Origin: Caecitellus pseudoparvulus
Lineage: Eukaryota; Protista; Bigyra: Bicosoecida
DNA length: 64,000 nt
Reading direction: 5' to 3'
Assembly: GCA_965644315.1 (NCBI GenBank)
Contig: CBFFRQ010000017.1
Span: 143,860-207,859 of the forward strand
Positions within the stretch are counted from its first letter, which is position 1. The number at the start of each line of letters is the position of its first letter. The notes beneath the pieces are model-generated. The model did no database searches, had not been told where the DNA came from, and saw only the letters and a program-made list of their open reading frames with translations. Made by a program: the position numbers and the translations under genes. Shown here piece by piece: positions 1 through 11,679 of the stretch.

Positions 1-1825
1 TGACGAGCTGTCCAAGCGGGTGTCTGAGCTGGAGGGGCAGGTGGCACAGGCGCGTGACGATGCGGCGGCTGCGGCGGCTGCGGCAGCTGAGGGTGACAGT
101 GAGGCGGCGGCTGCCTTGGCCACTGTGACGGGTGAGCGTGACGAGCTGTCCAAGCGGGTGTCTGAGCTGGAGGGGCAGGTGGCACAGGCGCGTGACGATG
201 CGGCGGCTGCGGCGGCTGCGGCGGCTGCGGCAGCTGAGGGTGACAGTGAGGCGGCGGCTGCCTTGGCCACTGTGACGGGTGAGCGTGACGAGCTGTCCAA
301 GCGGGTGTCTGAGCTGGAGGGGCAGGTGGCACAGACACGTGACGATGCGGCGGCTGCGACTGAGGCCAAGGAAGTTGCTGAAGCTGAGCTACTTCCGACT
401 TTGGAACGCTTGGAGAAGTGTCAAGATCGCCTTACCCGCTTCGTGCCTGTGCACAAGAAGCTCGTTGCCAAGGAAGAGAAGTGCAGGAAGTCGCTTGGCA
501 TGGCCGAGGAGCGATGCAACACACTGAGTGCGGAGTTGGAGGAGGCCAAGCTGACATTGTCGAAACTGGAAGCAGCTTCATCAAGTAAAGATTCGAAGTG
601 TGAGGAACTTGCACAGCAAGTGCAGGAGTTGGAAGGTCGAGTGTCTACTGGAGCTCGAGCGTTAGCTGAAGCGCGGACAGAAGTAAAGGAGGTGCAATTG
701 CAGCTTCAAGGCGCCCAGAGTGAGTTGGAGAGTACACGAAAGCAGGCAGATGCTGCTTCAGCCTCAAGTGCAGAGATAGATGCGCTGAAGAAGCAGCAAG
801 CGGCTACGAAAGAGCAGCTGGCAGCGATGCAGCAAGAGAAGGAGCAATTGCGGGACAAGGCCGCAGAGCTGAGCGCTGCGCTAGCCAAACAGGAGGGGGA
901 GTTGTCTTCCGCCCGCCAGAAGGCCGAGGAAGCGGAGTCCACGCTTGCAGCCGTCATGGAGGCCAACTCAACTTACGCAGATGAGGTGCGGCAGCTGACC
1001 GAAGCCAAGGAAGCTGCAGAGGCGGAGGCTGCAGGCCTGAAGGAGGCGCAGAGGGAGCTAGGCGCTGCCCTCCAGAGCGCAAAGAGCCGTGCTGCTCAAG
1101 CTGAAGCAGCGAACAGCGCTTCCTCTGCGGCCTCCATGAGCGCGAGCTCCGAGGTGGCCGCGCTCAAGGGGCAGCTGGAAGAAGCCAAGGCCGCCGGGAA
1201 GGCTGCCACTGCTTCCCTTCGCAAAGCCCTGGCAGCGACGAAGCAGGAGCTTGAGGAAGCCAGGCACTCAGCGGGGCAGAGCACTGCGGTGGTGGCGGGT
1301 TCCCAGCGAGAGTTGGAAGATGCCCTGGCCAGTGTGCGAGGAGAGCGGGACGAACTCGCCCGTCAGCTGGCAGCAACCCAGCAAGCACTGGCTGCGAGCA
1401 CAAGCCATGCGTCACCAGCATTGCAAGGCAAGACGGGTGATGCGCTGGAGGGTGCGCCGGCGTCCCTGGACGGGGCTGCCGGGACAGGTGTGCTCTCCAG
1501 ACTGGCTTCTCAGTCTGCAGCCCAGGCGCCAGACCTCGCTGCGAATATGGCAGACGTGACGAACGCTGACAAGGCTATCATAAACAGCATTCGCAGACAT
1601 GCCGAGTCTGCAGTCAGGAGCATGCGCAGTCGTCTGAGGCGTGCCGAGGCTGAGCGCGAAGCGTCCCGGGCCGAAGCTGAGGCGGCAGCAAGCCGCGTTG
1701 ACAAGCTGGAACTGTTGCTGGCCGACTTGCGGGGGCAACTGCGTACGGCCACGGGGCAGATTGAAGCTGGTAAGCTGCAAATCGGGCAGCTGTCGTCCAT
1801 GCTAGCCGCTCGGGCCATGGGGTGA
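1..1825 (+). CDS. Long coiled-coil protein, 5'-partial (runs in from before the window), with N-terminal tandem repeats
   Basis: Frame open from the window start to TGA 1825; Ala/Glu/Lys/Gln-rich heptads; no diagnostic domain. Confidence 0.8.
   Translation, partial: DELSKRVSELEGQVAQARDDAAAAAAAAAEGDSEAAAALATVTGERDELSKRVSELEGQVAQARDDAAAAAAAAAAAAEGDSEAAAALATVTGERDELSKRVSELEGQVAQTRDDAAAATEAKEVAEAELLPTLERLEKCQDRLTRFVPVHKKLVAKEEKCRKSLGMAEERCNTLSAELEEAKLTLSKLEAASSSKDSKCEELAQQVQELEGRVSTGARALAEARTEVKEVQLQLQGAQSELESTRKQADAASASSAEIDALKKQQAATKEQLAAMQQEKEQLRDKAAELSAALAKQEGELSSARQKAEEAESTLAAVMEANSTYADEVRQLTEAKEAAEAEAAGLKEAQRELGAALQSAKSRAAQAEAANSASSAASMSASSEVAALKGQLEEAKAAGKAATASLRKALAATKQELEEARHSAGQSTAVVAGSQRELEDALASVRGERDELARQLAATQQALAASTSHASPALQGKTGDALEGAPASLDGAAGTGVLSRLASQSAAQAPDLAANMADVTNADKAIINSIRRHAESAVRSMRSRLRRAEAEREASRAEAEAAASRVDKLELLLADLRGQLRTATGQIEAGKLQIGQLSSMLAARAMG
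2..360 (+). repeat. Coding tandem repeat, 138/147-bp units (DELSKRVSELEGQVAQARDD-An-EGDSEAAAALATVTGER)
   Basis: Units start at 2, 140 and 287; the first two differ only by one extra 9-bp GCGGCGGCT; the third is partial. Confidence 0.95.
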
Positions 1826-1872
1826 AGAATCGGGAACACAGACAAGTGCATTGGCGGCAGCTGGCAGCAGAG

Positions 1873-3907
1873 TCACAGCTTGGCCTGTCCAGCGATGATC
1901 TCGCCCCAGGCGTGGGGGGTCAGTCGGGAGTACGTGGCGAGTTTGGCATCCAGGATAAACACTGGGTCTGGCACGACGGTGGGATCTGCACCATCTCGCC
2001 TCAAGGCCACCTTTTGGTGCTTGAACGTGCTGGTCACTGGCTGAGCCGGCAGCAGGCGCACGAAGATGGGCAGCGCATACTTGGGCAGGCCACCTATGGC
2101 GCGAGTTGCGACGTCGTTCAGCTCCAAGGGCTGCCCTGTCGCATGATCACTCGTGGAGATGACTGAGCCGGCCAGGGACACGTCACCCGACGGCACAATC
2201 GCGGCGCAGCCTGCGCGCCCATCGTGCCCTGGCACGGCAACGCCGTACACATTCACGTCTGCGACGCCGGGCACTTGGGAGACCACTTCAGCCACCTCTG
2301 TCGTGGCCACATTCTCACCGTGCCACCGGAAGGTGTCCCCAATGCGGTCGCTGAAGTGGATGTACCCCCCCGCATCACGCCGGAGCAGGTCACCCGAACG
2401 GAAATACACGTCGCCAACGGCAAAAACGTCCCGGAGCAGCTTCTTCGCATTGGCCCCGCTCTTCTCCCCACCTGCGTAGCCTTTGAACGAGGACGTCGGG
2501 TCCCGTGCGGAAATGACGCCCAGCATTTCCCCTGCCTCCCCTGGACGGCACTCGATGCAGCGGCCGGACGGCGCCCGCACCACCTCCTCTGTGTCCATGT
2601 CGAAGCGGACGATGGGGAACTTCTTCGTCATGTGGGCCAGTGCTCCCAGGCGCCCCACAGCGCCCATGCCCGGCCACGAGGCGAGGGGTGGCTTGCCTTC
2701 GTCGTTCAAGGCCATTGCAGCTGGCGGTGTGTGGCAGTGGTTCCACAGGTTCACGTTGCCCTCAGTGGCGGCGTAAAACTCGCCGATTTCAGCGATACCG
2801 AACCTGGCCACGAACTTGGGCCACACGTCCGGGCGCAGGCCGTTGCCGAATGCCAGACGCAGCCGGTGCTGGCGCTCCAGTGGATGCGGCGGCCCAGCCG
2901 CCAAGTAGCGGCAGAGCTCCCCGATGTACTGCACGACAGTGGCACCTGTCGTGGCCACGTCATCCCAAAAGGCGCTCAGCGAGAACTTTTCGCGCAGGGC
3001 CAGCGTCGTGCCTTGCGTCATGAGCAGTGACTGCGCAATGATGCCGGCTGCCGAGTGAAAGAGGGGCAGCACCTCGTACAGGATATCGTCGCCCCGGATG
3101 CCGAACAGCACGTGGTACACCAGACCAGCCAGCAAGAGCTTGGAGTGTGGGACAGGACACGCCTTGTTCAGGCCTGTCGTGCCTGACGAATAAATGTACC
3201 CGAAGGTGTCCAGCGGACCCACCCCTGCTCGCAGCAGGCGGGAGGGGCGGCTGTCACTGGCTTTGCCGGCACACACCCCGACATCCACTTCCTGCAAGCC
3301 ACTTGGCAGCTTGTCTGTGTGTTTTCCTGACCCTTGTGTAGCCAAAGGCAGCAAGGCGAAGGCCATGCCGGGGAGTGAGGAGGCAATGCCTTCTGCGACA
3401 CCTGCCACGGCGGGGCGCAGCGTCTCTTCATAGATGAGTGCCCGAGGGGACACGATGCGGACGCAGTGGCTCAGGCGCTTGCCTGTGAGAGCAGTGTTGA
3501 TGAAGGCACACTTCACACCGAGCTTAGCCAGGCCAACCCACAGGGCAATGAACTCTGGGCGGTTGTTCACGAGGAGGGCCGCTGTGTCGCCAGCTGTCAG
3601 GCGCAAGGAGGCTGCCGCCCAGTTGGCGATGCGGTTGGCAGCGGCATCCATGTCAGCGAAGGTGAAGGAGTGGCCCTTGAACATCACCGCCACCTTAAAG
3701 GGCCAGGCATCCACGGCGTCCTCCCACATGTCCGCCACCGTGCGCCCGGTGCTTGCATACTGCCTCAGTCTGCAGCACCACTCGAGGGTTGCGTGGCCGT
3801 GAGGGCAAAGTCGCGAAAACAAGGGTGGGAAGCGGGGTCACTCACAGCAGCTGGGCCGCCAGGGAGGCACGCGCAAGGTTCAGGTCATTGCAGATGCCGA
3901 GGTCCAT
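1873..3907 (-). CDS. Fatty acid transport protein / very-long-chain acyl-CoA synthetase (SLC27/FATP family) with PTS1
   Basis: YIYSSGTTG AMP-binding motif, QYIGELCRYL, FGNGLRPDVW, EFYAATEGN, YFRSGDLL, DRIGDTFRWHGENV; ends AKL. Model: ATG 3907, intron 3845-3770 (GTGAGT..CTGCAG). Confidence 0.93.
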
Positions 3908-4215
3908 GGCGGTGTGGCGTGGTGTGCATGTGCAGTGCAGGTGGTGCTTCACCCTGCTCAATGGCAGGGCGGAAGGCAAGCAGAGAAAGGGCCACGTCAA
4001 AAACCTCAGCCATGCAAACATTATGAACCTTTTGCTTTGGGGGCACTAAATATAGTGCGGCAGCTTTTGTAGCGTCATTGGAGCAGCGGAGGTAGGCAGG
4101 AGAGGCCTCCAACGCCAACGAAACTCCGTGGCGCTGAAGCCAGCAGAAGGCGCGTCAAGACGTCTCACAGCGCGCCTGTAGCAAAGCCGATCACAGCCAA
4201 GCTGAACGCGCACCC

Positions 4216-6421
4216 ATGGCAGCTCGCTCACCCCGCAAGGTGCGGGATAGGACCCAGCAAAACATTGAGAAGATCAAGGAGCAGAGGGAGGCGCGCAGGG
4301 AGCAGATGGAGGCTGAGAAGGCAGCCCGCGCAGCGTCTCGAGCTCAGATGGAGGCGGCTGGCACACCCGGAGATGTGGACTTCCAAAGGCTGGTGCACGA
4401 CTGGAGGGTTAGCCGTGGGGCGGAGGAGGAAGCCCACATCCCGCCTGGAAATGTCCGCATCAACATCGTGGCCCGGAAGCGGCCCATCGGGCGCAAGGAG
4501 GTCTCGCGCCAGGAGTACGACGTCGTGACGTGCCTGAACCCGACAGTTGTGGTGCACTATCCCAAGACCAAGGTGGACGGCATCACGAAGTACCTTGAGA
4601 ACCAGACCTTTGAGTTTGACCATGTGAGCGCCGCCCGCGTTTCACCCGGTAACGGGCGCTGCTGCCGCACTGCCTGCACACCGGCTGTGTTGCGCAGACA
4701 TTTCACGAAGGTTGTTCCACAGACATGGTGTATGAGTACTCAGTGCTGCCACTCGTGGCGCACATTTTCACGCCGGGGGGACGGGCCACTTGCTTCGCGT
4801 ACGGGCAGACAGGCAGTGGCAAGACCTACACTATGTCTGGCGTGCAGCTGAACGCTGCGAGAGACATCTTCCGCCTCATGCGCTCGCCCGAGCATGCTGA
4901 CAAGGACCTCAGCATCTACACCGCCTTCTTCGAGATCTACGGCGGCAGGTGCTTCGATGTGCTGCACGGCCGGTCCAAGGTTGTCATTCGGGAGGACGGG
5001 CGGGGCAACGTGCAGGCAGTGGGGCTGCGCCACGTGCCCTGCGCCTCTGAGGAGGAGCTGCTGGCCATCATCGAGGAAGGCAACGCCAGCCGCACCACTA
5101 AGAAGACGCACATGAATGACGCCAGCAGTCGCTCGCACGCGGTGTGCGAGATCCTGGTGAAGGACGGCCGCGGGCGCGTGTTTGGTAAGATGTCCCTCAT
5201 CGACCTGGCGGGCTCTGAGCGGGCTGCAGACGCACGCCACCACGACCGCCAGCGCCGAGTCGAAAGTGCGGGCATCAACAAGAGCCTTCTGGCGCTGAAA
5301 GAGTGCATTCGGTGCGTCTCCCACGTGCTCTGGCGCTGCCAACACCCGCAACCCACCTTCCCCCCCCCTTCCGCAGTGCACTGGGCTCCTCGGCATCCCA
5401 CGTGCCCTTCCGCGCTTCCAAGCTGACCATGGTGCTGAAGGACAGCTTCACAGCTAAGCAGGCCCGCGTGGCAATGATCGCCACCGTCTCCCCCTCCTCC
5501 ACCTCAGCCGACCACACCACCAACACGCTGCGGTACGCTGACCGAGTCAAGGAGAAGAAGGTTGGCGGCAAGGGTGCGCCCAAGAAGCCGGGCGCCTTTG
5601 GCATCGGGGGACCAGCTGCCGTGGACATCCAGTACCTGCAGCGGCCCGTGGCGGGGGGCCAGGTGGACTGGAGTGGGAAGGGGCCAACGCCGTCCCCTGC
5701 TCCTGCCCCGGCGCCTGGTCGCGGGGAGGCAGGGCTGCCCCCCTCGTCCTACGGGCGGGCCGACCCCGCGCGAGGCGGAAGGCCCAGCACACAGTCGCAC
5801 GCCAGTGCAGAGGACGCCAGCGAAGGCAAGAGCGCGGGTGGCGAGGGGCGGCGAGGGAGCGGCGCGTCTGGCGCGCCCCGGCGCAGCCGTGGGGGGAGGG
5901 GCGGCGGCCGGGCACCCGCCCCGCGACCAGAGTGGGTGGACGTCACCGACACGACGCCGGAGGAGGGGTCTCCCTCGGCGCCCAGCTCGCCCGCCGCCGC
6001 GGCTGGGGGGGAGGGGGGCCCCGAGTCCCCCTCCAGGGCAGACCTGGAGCAGCTGGCCCGGACGATGCGTGCAGAGGCGGCAGAGGACGGCCTGGCCTTC
6101 GACGACGGTGAATTCGTGAACATCAACCTGTGCCTGGACAGGGTGGTGGAGCAGGAGGAAGCGCTGCTGGCCAGCCACATGTCCTCTATCCAGCGCCACG
6201 CGGAGTTCCTGACGGAGGAAGGCGGCCTGCTGTCCAAGTGCTCTGGCCCCGACGTCGTGGACTACGACATCGACGCGTACACCGCCAGCCTGGAGAGCAT
6301 CCTGCAGAACAAGCTGAAGGACACCAAAGCCCTGCTGAAGCAGCTGCAGGGCTTCCGCACACTGCTGCGCATGGAGGAGAAGCTGACCATGCGCAGGGGG
6401 GAGGGCAAGACCGACGGCTGA
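4216..6421 (+). CDS. Kinesin-13 family microtubule depolymerase (KIF2/KIF24-like)
   Basis: KVD motif, [43 protein letters not shown]; introns 4624-4697 and 5312-5376 join the three ORFs in frame. Confidence 0.95.
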
Positions 6422-6442
6422 GCGCTTGCAATGCAGGGCACG

Positions 6443-7708
6443 TCACACCTCCCGCGCCACGGGCAGCTTGCGGTGGATGTCGAAGATCACCTCTGCGTCC
6501 ACAGGCCCCAGGCGCATGAGGCCCATGACGGCCTCAGTGGGGGAGATGCTGCCCCTGAGCACGGCGTCCATAGCCTCGATGATGGGGACATCCACATCGT
6601 GGCGCTTGGCGAGGGCCAGGGCGGCAGGGGTGGTGGCCACACCCTCCGCCGCCTCGGACATGCCTGCCAGCACCTCCTCGATGCTCTGGCCCTGCCCCAG
6701 CTTGACGCCCACAGACCGGTTCCGGGACAGGCTCCCGAAGCACGTGAGCATGAGATCCCCGACCCCAGAGAGCCCTGCGAGCGTGGCTTGCTGGGAGCCC
6801 ATGGCCACTGCCAGCGCGTTCATCTCCGCCACCGCCCGGGTGACGAGGAGGGCAGTGGTGTTGTAGCCAAGCCCCAGGCCCTCCAGCACACCCGACGCGA
6901 TGGCGTACACGTTTTTGAGGGCGCCACCGACCTCCACACCCACTACATCCGTGGTGGTCCACACACGAAGGGAGGAGGAGGCGAACGCCTGCGCCACTTC
7001 CACCGCGATGGCCTCGTCGCGACACGCAGCTACTGCACCAGTGGGCCACCCCTCCAGGAGCTCCTTCGCGAAGGTGGGCCCTGAAAAGAGGGCTGTCGGC
7101 TGGTCGCGGTCGAGGGCTTCGGGGATGAGGTCGGACATCACCTGCAGCGTCTCGGTGTGCAGACCCTTGGAGGTGGACACGATGGGCACGTCTGATGGAA
7201 TGAAATCCTGCGCAGGGCCAGCGTGCTCACTGAGGGCAGGGGGGGGTGCCCCTCACACCTACCACGACTCACTTTCAGGTCCCGCAGCGCGTCTCGACTG
7301 GCCTGCACAGGGATGCTGTGCACGATCATGCTGCAGCCATTCAAGGCCTTGGCGGGGTCCAGGGTTGCTCCCAAGTTGAAAGGCAGAGGGTAGTCCGTGA
7401 GGTAGGAAGGGTTGCGGTGCTGAACCTGGATGCTGCGCACTGCCTCTTTATTGCGCCCCAGCAGGACCACTTGGAACCCGTTGCGTGCTGCGGGGCGTGC
7501 GGCTTGCAGGTTGCGCGCAAGCTTCGTTTCAGTCACGTTTCAGCAGGCTGCTCTCACCGAGGACAGTGCCCATTGCAGTGCCGAAAGACCCCGCACCAAG
7601 CACCGTGACTTTGCTAGTCTTTGGAATGATGTTTGGCCTTGCCTGCCCCGAGGAGCACCAGCGGCTCCCTGCCCTCTTCGCCGCGCTCACAGCTCTGGAA
7701 AGCGCCAT
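6443..7708 (-). CDS. gpsA: NAD(P)H-dependent glycerol-3-phosphate dehydrogenase (GpsA-type) with presequence-like N-terminus
   Basis: VLGAGSFGTA, SKG, SGPTFA, GALKNVYAIA, GLSGVGDLMLTC, SRN motifs; introns 7557-7488 and 7272-7208. Confidence 0.92.
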
Positions 7709-8031
7709 GAGAAGCGTGTGTCTCTCGCCGTAGGAAGGCTGAAGCAAGGCTCCGTTTTCGCAGCAGCACAGCCTTGCACAGAACAGCAGGGGCGGTTTGG
7801 ACTATGGAAGCGTGCGCCAGCATCTCAAAAGTGTCGCTTGTTTTCCTATTGCAAGTGAAGCGCGAAAAGTGAGTAACAAACAAAGGCCAGAGCTCCGGAG
7901 GCACGTAGGGTTCGGTTCGCAACTTCCAGCTATAGCTATCCGCACTGGCATTGTTCTGGACACACCAACGCTCAGCTGATAGTTGGGCATGTGCCACACT
8001 CTGCATGCATTGCTGGTGGCGGGACAGGAAT

Positions 8032-9851
8032 CTACTCTGCTGCAGCAGCGCCGGCAGCGGCGATGGAGGAGGAGGAGGCCTCAATGTCCGAGCTTGCGCC
8101 ACCCACGCTGCCGATGCCGTACACCTCGAAGCCAATCTCGCGCAGAGCAGCGTGGTCCACGATGTTGCGGCCGTCAAAGAGGAAGGCAGGCTTCACCATG
8201 CTCTCGTGCAGCGCGGCGTAGTCGTACGTCTTGAACTCATCCCACTCCGTCATGATGGTGATGGCGTGAGCGCCGGCGCATGCCTCCTCCGCGCTGTCCA
8301 CGATCGTCAGGCGCGTCTTCAAGTTGGGGAAGGTCTCCTCCGTCATGCCCAGCGTGTACTGCAGCTCCATGAACATGCCCTCGGCAGTGACCTTGGGGTC
8401 GTACACCACGACGTTGGCGCCCTCCTCAAGCAGGTTCTTGGCGACGTATGCGGCGGCCGTCTCACGGGTGTCCCCAGTGTCCTTCTTGAAGGCGAAACCC
8501 AGCATGGCGATGCGCTTGCCGGTGACGGAGTTGAACATGCGCCCCACGACGTTCTTGGCGAAGCGGTCCTTCTGGTAGTCGTTCATAGACACCACCTGCT
8601 CCCAGTACCCTGCCACCTCAGACAGCCCGTACGTCTGACACAGGTACACCAGGTTCAGGATGTCTTTCTGGAAGCAGGAGCCGCCGAAGCCGACGGAGGC
8701 GCGCAGGAAGTAGGGGCCGATGCGCTTGTCCGAGCCGACAGCCCGGGCGACTTCCGTGACATCTGCACCGGTGGCCTCACACAGAGCTGAGACGGCGTTG
8801 ATGGAGGAGATACGCTGGGCGAGGAAGGCGTTGGCGACGAGCTTGGAGAGCTCGGAGGACCACAGGTTGGTCGTCAGCAGCTTCTCACGGGGAACCCAGT
8901 GGTTGTACACAGAGCACAGGGTGGACACGGCCATGCGCCCGGCTGGGGTGGGGTCTCCGCCCACCAGCACGCGGGAGGGTGCGCGGAGGTCGTCGATGGC
9001 AGTGCCCTCGGCGAGGAACTCGGGGTTGGACACGATCTCGAAGGAGACGCCGGGGGTCTGGTTGGCCTTCAGCACGCGCTTCAGCGTCTCTGCAGTCTTG
9101 ACGGGCACGGTGGACTTCTCCACGACGATCTTGTCGGAGGTGGACACCTTGGCGATGGTGCGGGCGCAGAGCTCCAGGTTCTTGACGTTGGCGGCCTTGC
9201 CGGCGCCAATGCCATACGTCTTCGTGGGGGTGTTCACGGACACAAAGATGATGTCTGCCTCCTTGATGGCGCCCTCCACATCCGTTGTGAAAAACAGGTT
9301 CTGTGCATGGAACGGGGGCAGAGCCAGGTGCGCAACCGCCGGCGCCAGCGTGTGTGGCAGCTGCCGCTGAACGGCAGCTGCATGGAGCGTTCAGACACCA
9401 CCCCTCATGTACTTGAGCAACCACGCGGCTCAGTTAGGGGCATGGAGAGCATGGAGCAGCGATCGGCTCGAGAGAGCGGGTGCTGCCACGCCTCGCCGAT
9501 GAAACGCCGGCATGAAACCTCACCTTTCCGCGCACTGCCTTGACGCACTCATCCAGGCCAGGCTCGTAGATAGGGAGGTCGTCAGAGTTCCAGGCATCAA
9601 TGCGGGGCTTGGCAATGTCCACGACAGTCACCTGTGAGGGCGGGGTGGGACGGCAAGCCAGCGTGCCGCACAGGCGTAGACCCGCCGACACAGCCACCCA
9701 GTTTGCTCACCGTCACGTCTGGGACCTTCTCGGCGATGATGGCCATGGTGGGGCCGCCAACATACCCTGCGCCGATGCAGCAAATCTTCTTGCCGGCAAC
9801 GTCCACCTTCTCCCATGTCCAGGCGCCAGCAGCGACTGTGTGGGCAGCCAT
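8032..9851 (-). CDS. UGDH: UDP-glucose 6-dehydrogenase
   Basis: [57 protein letters not shown]; introns 9710-9632 and 9523-9301. Confidence 0.97.
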
Positions 9852-10118
9852 GGCGATCGTGAAGGGAAGTGGCGGGGTGAACAGCTTCAGGTTGGGAAGC
9901 AAGCGCGAGGAGCGTGAGCGCTGTGGAGTGGTGGGGAGTAGGAAAGTGCATTGGGTCAGACACTGGCACTGCAGATGATTGTTGCCCATTGGTCAGCGGG
10001 ATGCCAACGGGGGGGGTCGCTCGCTCGGGTGCTGGCTGGTGCTGGCTGGTGCAGGTGTGCGGCACGCACACAGACGGGCGGGTCACAGGCAGAAAGGCGG
10101 AGCAGGCCTGGAACACGT

Positions 10119-10596
10119 CTACCTCTCAGCTTGGGCTGTGTGGGGTGTCAGCTGCGACGTGTCCACCCTGAAGCCGTCCCCCACGTTAGCCCAGCGCTCG
10201 GCGTCCAGGGCCAGCAGCTCCTTCACATATCTGCTGTCATTGAGGGCGACCGTGAACTTGGCCGAGTCTGTCTTTGTCGGTGACAGGGATACGATCTGCG
10301 TGGGGGTGGTGAGAGGGGCAGTGGCGGGCACTGGCACATGAATGAGGGGGAGTCGGATGCTGCCACACCTGCTTCTTCCGCCTCATGTCTGCCAGCACGG
10401 AACGCCTGAACTTTGCCTTGGAGGGGACGAGGGACTCGTTTCCACGCACACTCCTGTACAGCGAGTTGAGTGTGACAGGGCCCTCGGCCTGCTGCAGCGC
10501 AGTCCTGACCAGTGTGGCAGCAGTCATACGCTTGGCCAGAGCCTGCCTGAAGGCAGTTTGGCGCACCGCTGCGGAGGTGGACGCAGCGGCAGACAT
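10119..10596 (-). CDS. Small basic winged-helix-like protein, possibly mitoribosomal mL80-like
   Basis: Two ORFs joined in frame by intron 10368-10296 (GTGTGG..CGCAG); GPVTLNSLY..SKAKFRRSVLADMRRKKQI resembles plant mL80 from memory. Confidence 0.55.
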
Positions 10597-10704
10597 GGCC
10601 GGCGCTGGGTCACTGACTGGCACAGTCTTTGAGGCGCTCGCATACGCGGCTGGGGCTCGTCTCGTGGGCGGGGGTCGTCTGGAGTGCGGCATGTATTGCC
10701 GCCC

Positions 10705-10714
10705 CAATTTCCGC
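10705..10714. promoter_or_regulatory. Recurrent upstream element CAATTTCCGC (exact copies also at 38749-38758, 45964-45973, 54608-54617)
   Basis: Exact 10-mer in either orientation, four times, each 11-110 nt upstream of a predicted ATG; variants at 11260, 41148, 60768. Confidence 0.55.
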
Positions 10715-11291
10715 AACATGACGGATTCCTGCATCATTCGCGCGACGCATTTTATGAAGCCCCTGCGGCAAAGTTGCTCCTGGCGCAGCACTTTCCCACG
10801 TCATCACACACTCCGTACCGCACACCTGTGTCTTTGTGAGAGAGGTGAGTTGTTGTTGGTCCGCAGTCCCCGTGCCGCTGTGTCCGACGTCGCAGCATCA
10901 GCACAAGAACTGTGCCTGCGCTCTCCAAACTGCACGCTTTCACCGAACCCGTTGCTCCTTTCCAGGCAAGCGCTCGACTGCAGTTCTCTGCTTAAACCGT
11001 TGATCGCATCATCAACCATCGTAAGTGCTGTGTCAGCTTGATCAGTCTTGTGTGCGGCCGCCGGCCGGGGCGCCTTGGTCTGGTGTGTTGGTGCAGAGTA
11101 CACAGTCTCGAGGCGGTGCCGCTGCCGGAACTGGGATGTGTGTGTTCCTGCAGCCAGTCCGAGCCCTCAGTAGCAGTTGGCTCCTTTCTGAGCCCTTGCC
11201 ATAGCTTGGGGCCTCGCCTTCGCGAGCTCTGGCACTGTTATCGTCGTTCAGCAGTCACTCAAATTCCGCCGCCCCACCTATCACGCAGACC

Positions 11292-11651
11292 ATGGCCAAC
11301 CTCGCTGCCCTGTCTCCCGCCGAGAAGGAGGACCTCGCCGTCTCCCTGGCAACCCTCATCCTGCACGACGGTGAGGTCGAGATCACCGCGGACAACCTGA
11401 ACGCGCTGACCACCGCCGCCGGCATCGAGCTGAAGCCCTACTGGGGCAGCCTCGTGGCCTCCTTCGTTGAGGGCAAGGACCTCGATGACATCCTGCTGAA
11501 GCCTGGCATGGCCGGCCCCGCTGTGGCCGCTGCCCCCGCTGGTGAGGCCGCTGCCGTCGTCGAGGAGGAGGAGGAGGAGGAGGAGGAGGAAGAGGAGGAC
11601 GTCGGCGGAGCTGGCGACCTGTTCGGCGAGGACTCCGATGACGACTGGTGA
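11292..11651 (+). CDS. RPLP1: 60S acidic ribosomal protein P1
   Basis: [28 protein letters not shown]-domain, Ala hinge, poly-Glu tail. Confidence 0.93.
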   Translation: MANLAALSPAEKEDLAVSLATLILHDGEVEITADNLNALTTAAGIELKPYWGSLVASFVEGKDLDDILLKPGMAGPAVAAAPAGEAAAVVEEEEEEEEEEEEDVGGAGDLFGEDSDDDW

Positions 11652-11672
11652 TCACCCTGGCCTGCGTCTCTG

Positions 11673-11679
11673 CAATGCA
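11673..11679 (+). terminator. Candidate 3'-end/polyadenylation signal CAATGCA (representative copy)
   Basis: (C/A/G)AATGCA lies on the sense strand within about 55 nt of the stop in 10 genes of the window (see findings). Confidence 0.6.

Noticed and set aside
9301-9523. Recursive splicing of the triple-length UGDH intron
   Set aside because: No internal YAG|GT site found.
10740-11060. Box C/D snoRNA, SRP RNA or RNase P/MRP on the - strand (TGATGA boxes, GGAAAG motifs)
   Set aside because: No properly spaced D box with a terminal stem and no complete consensus helices.
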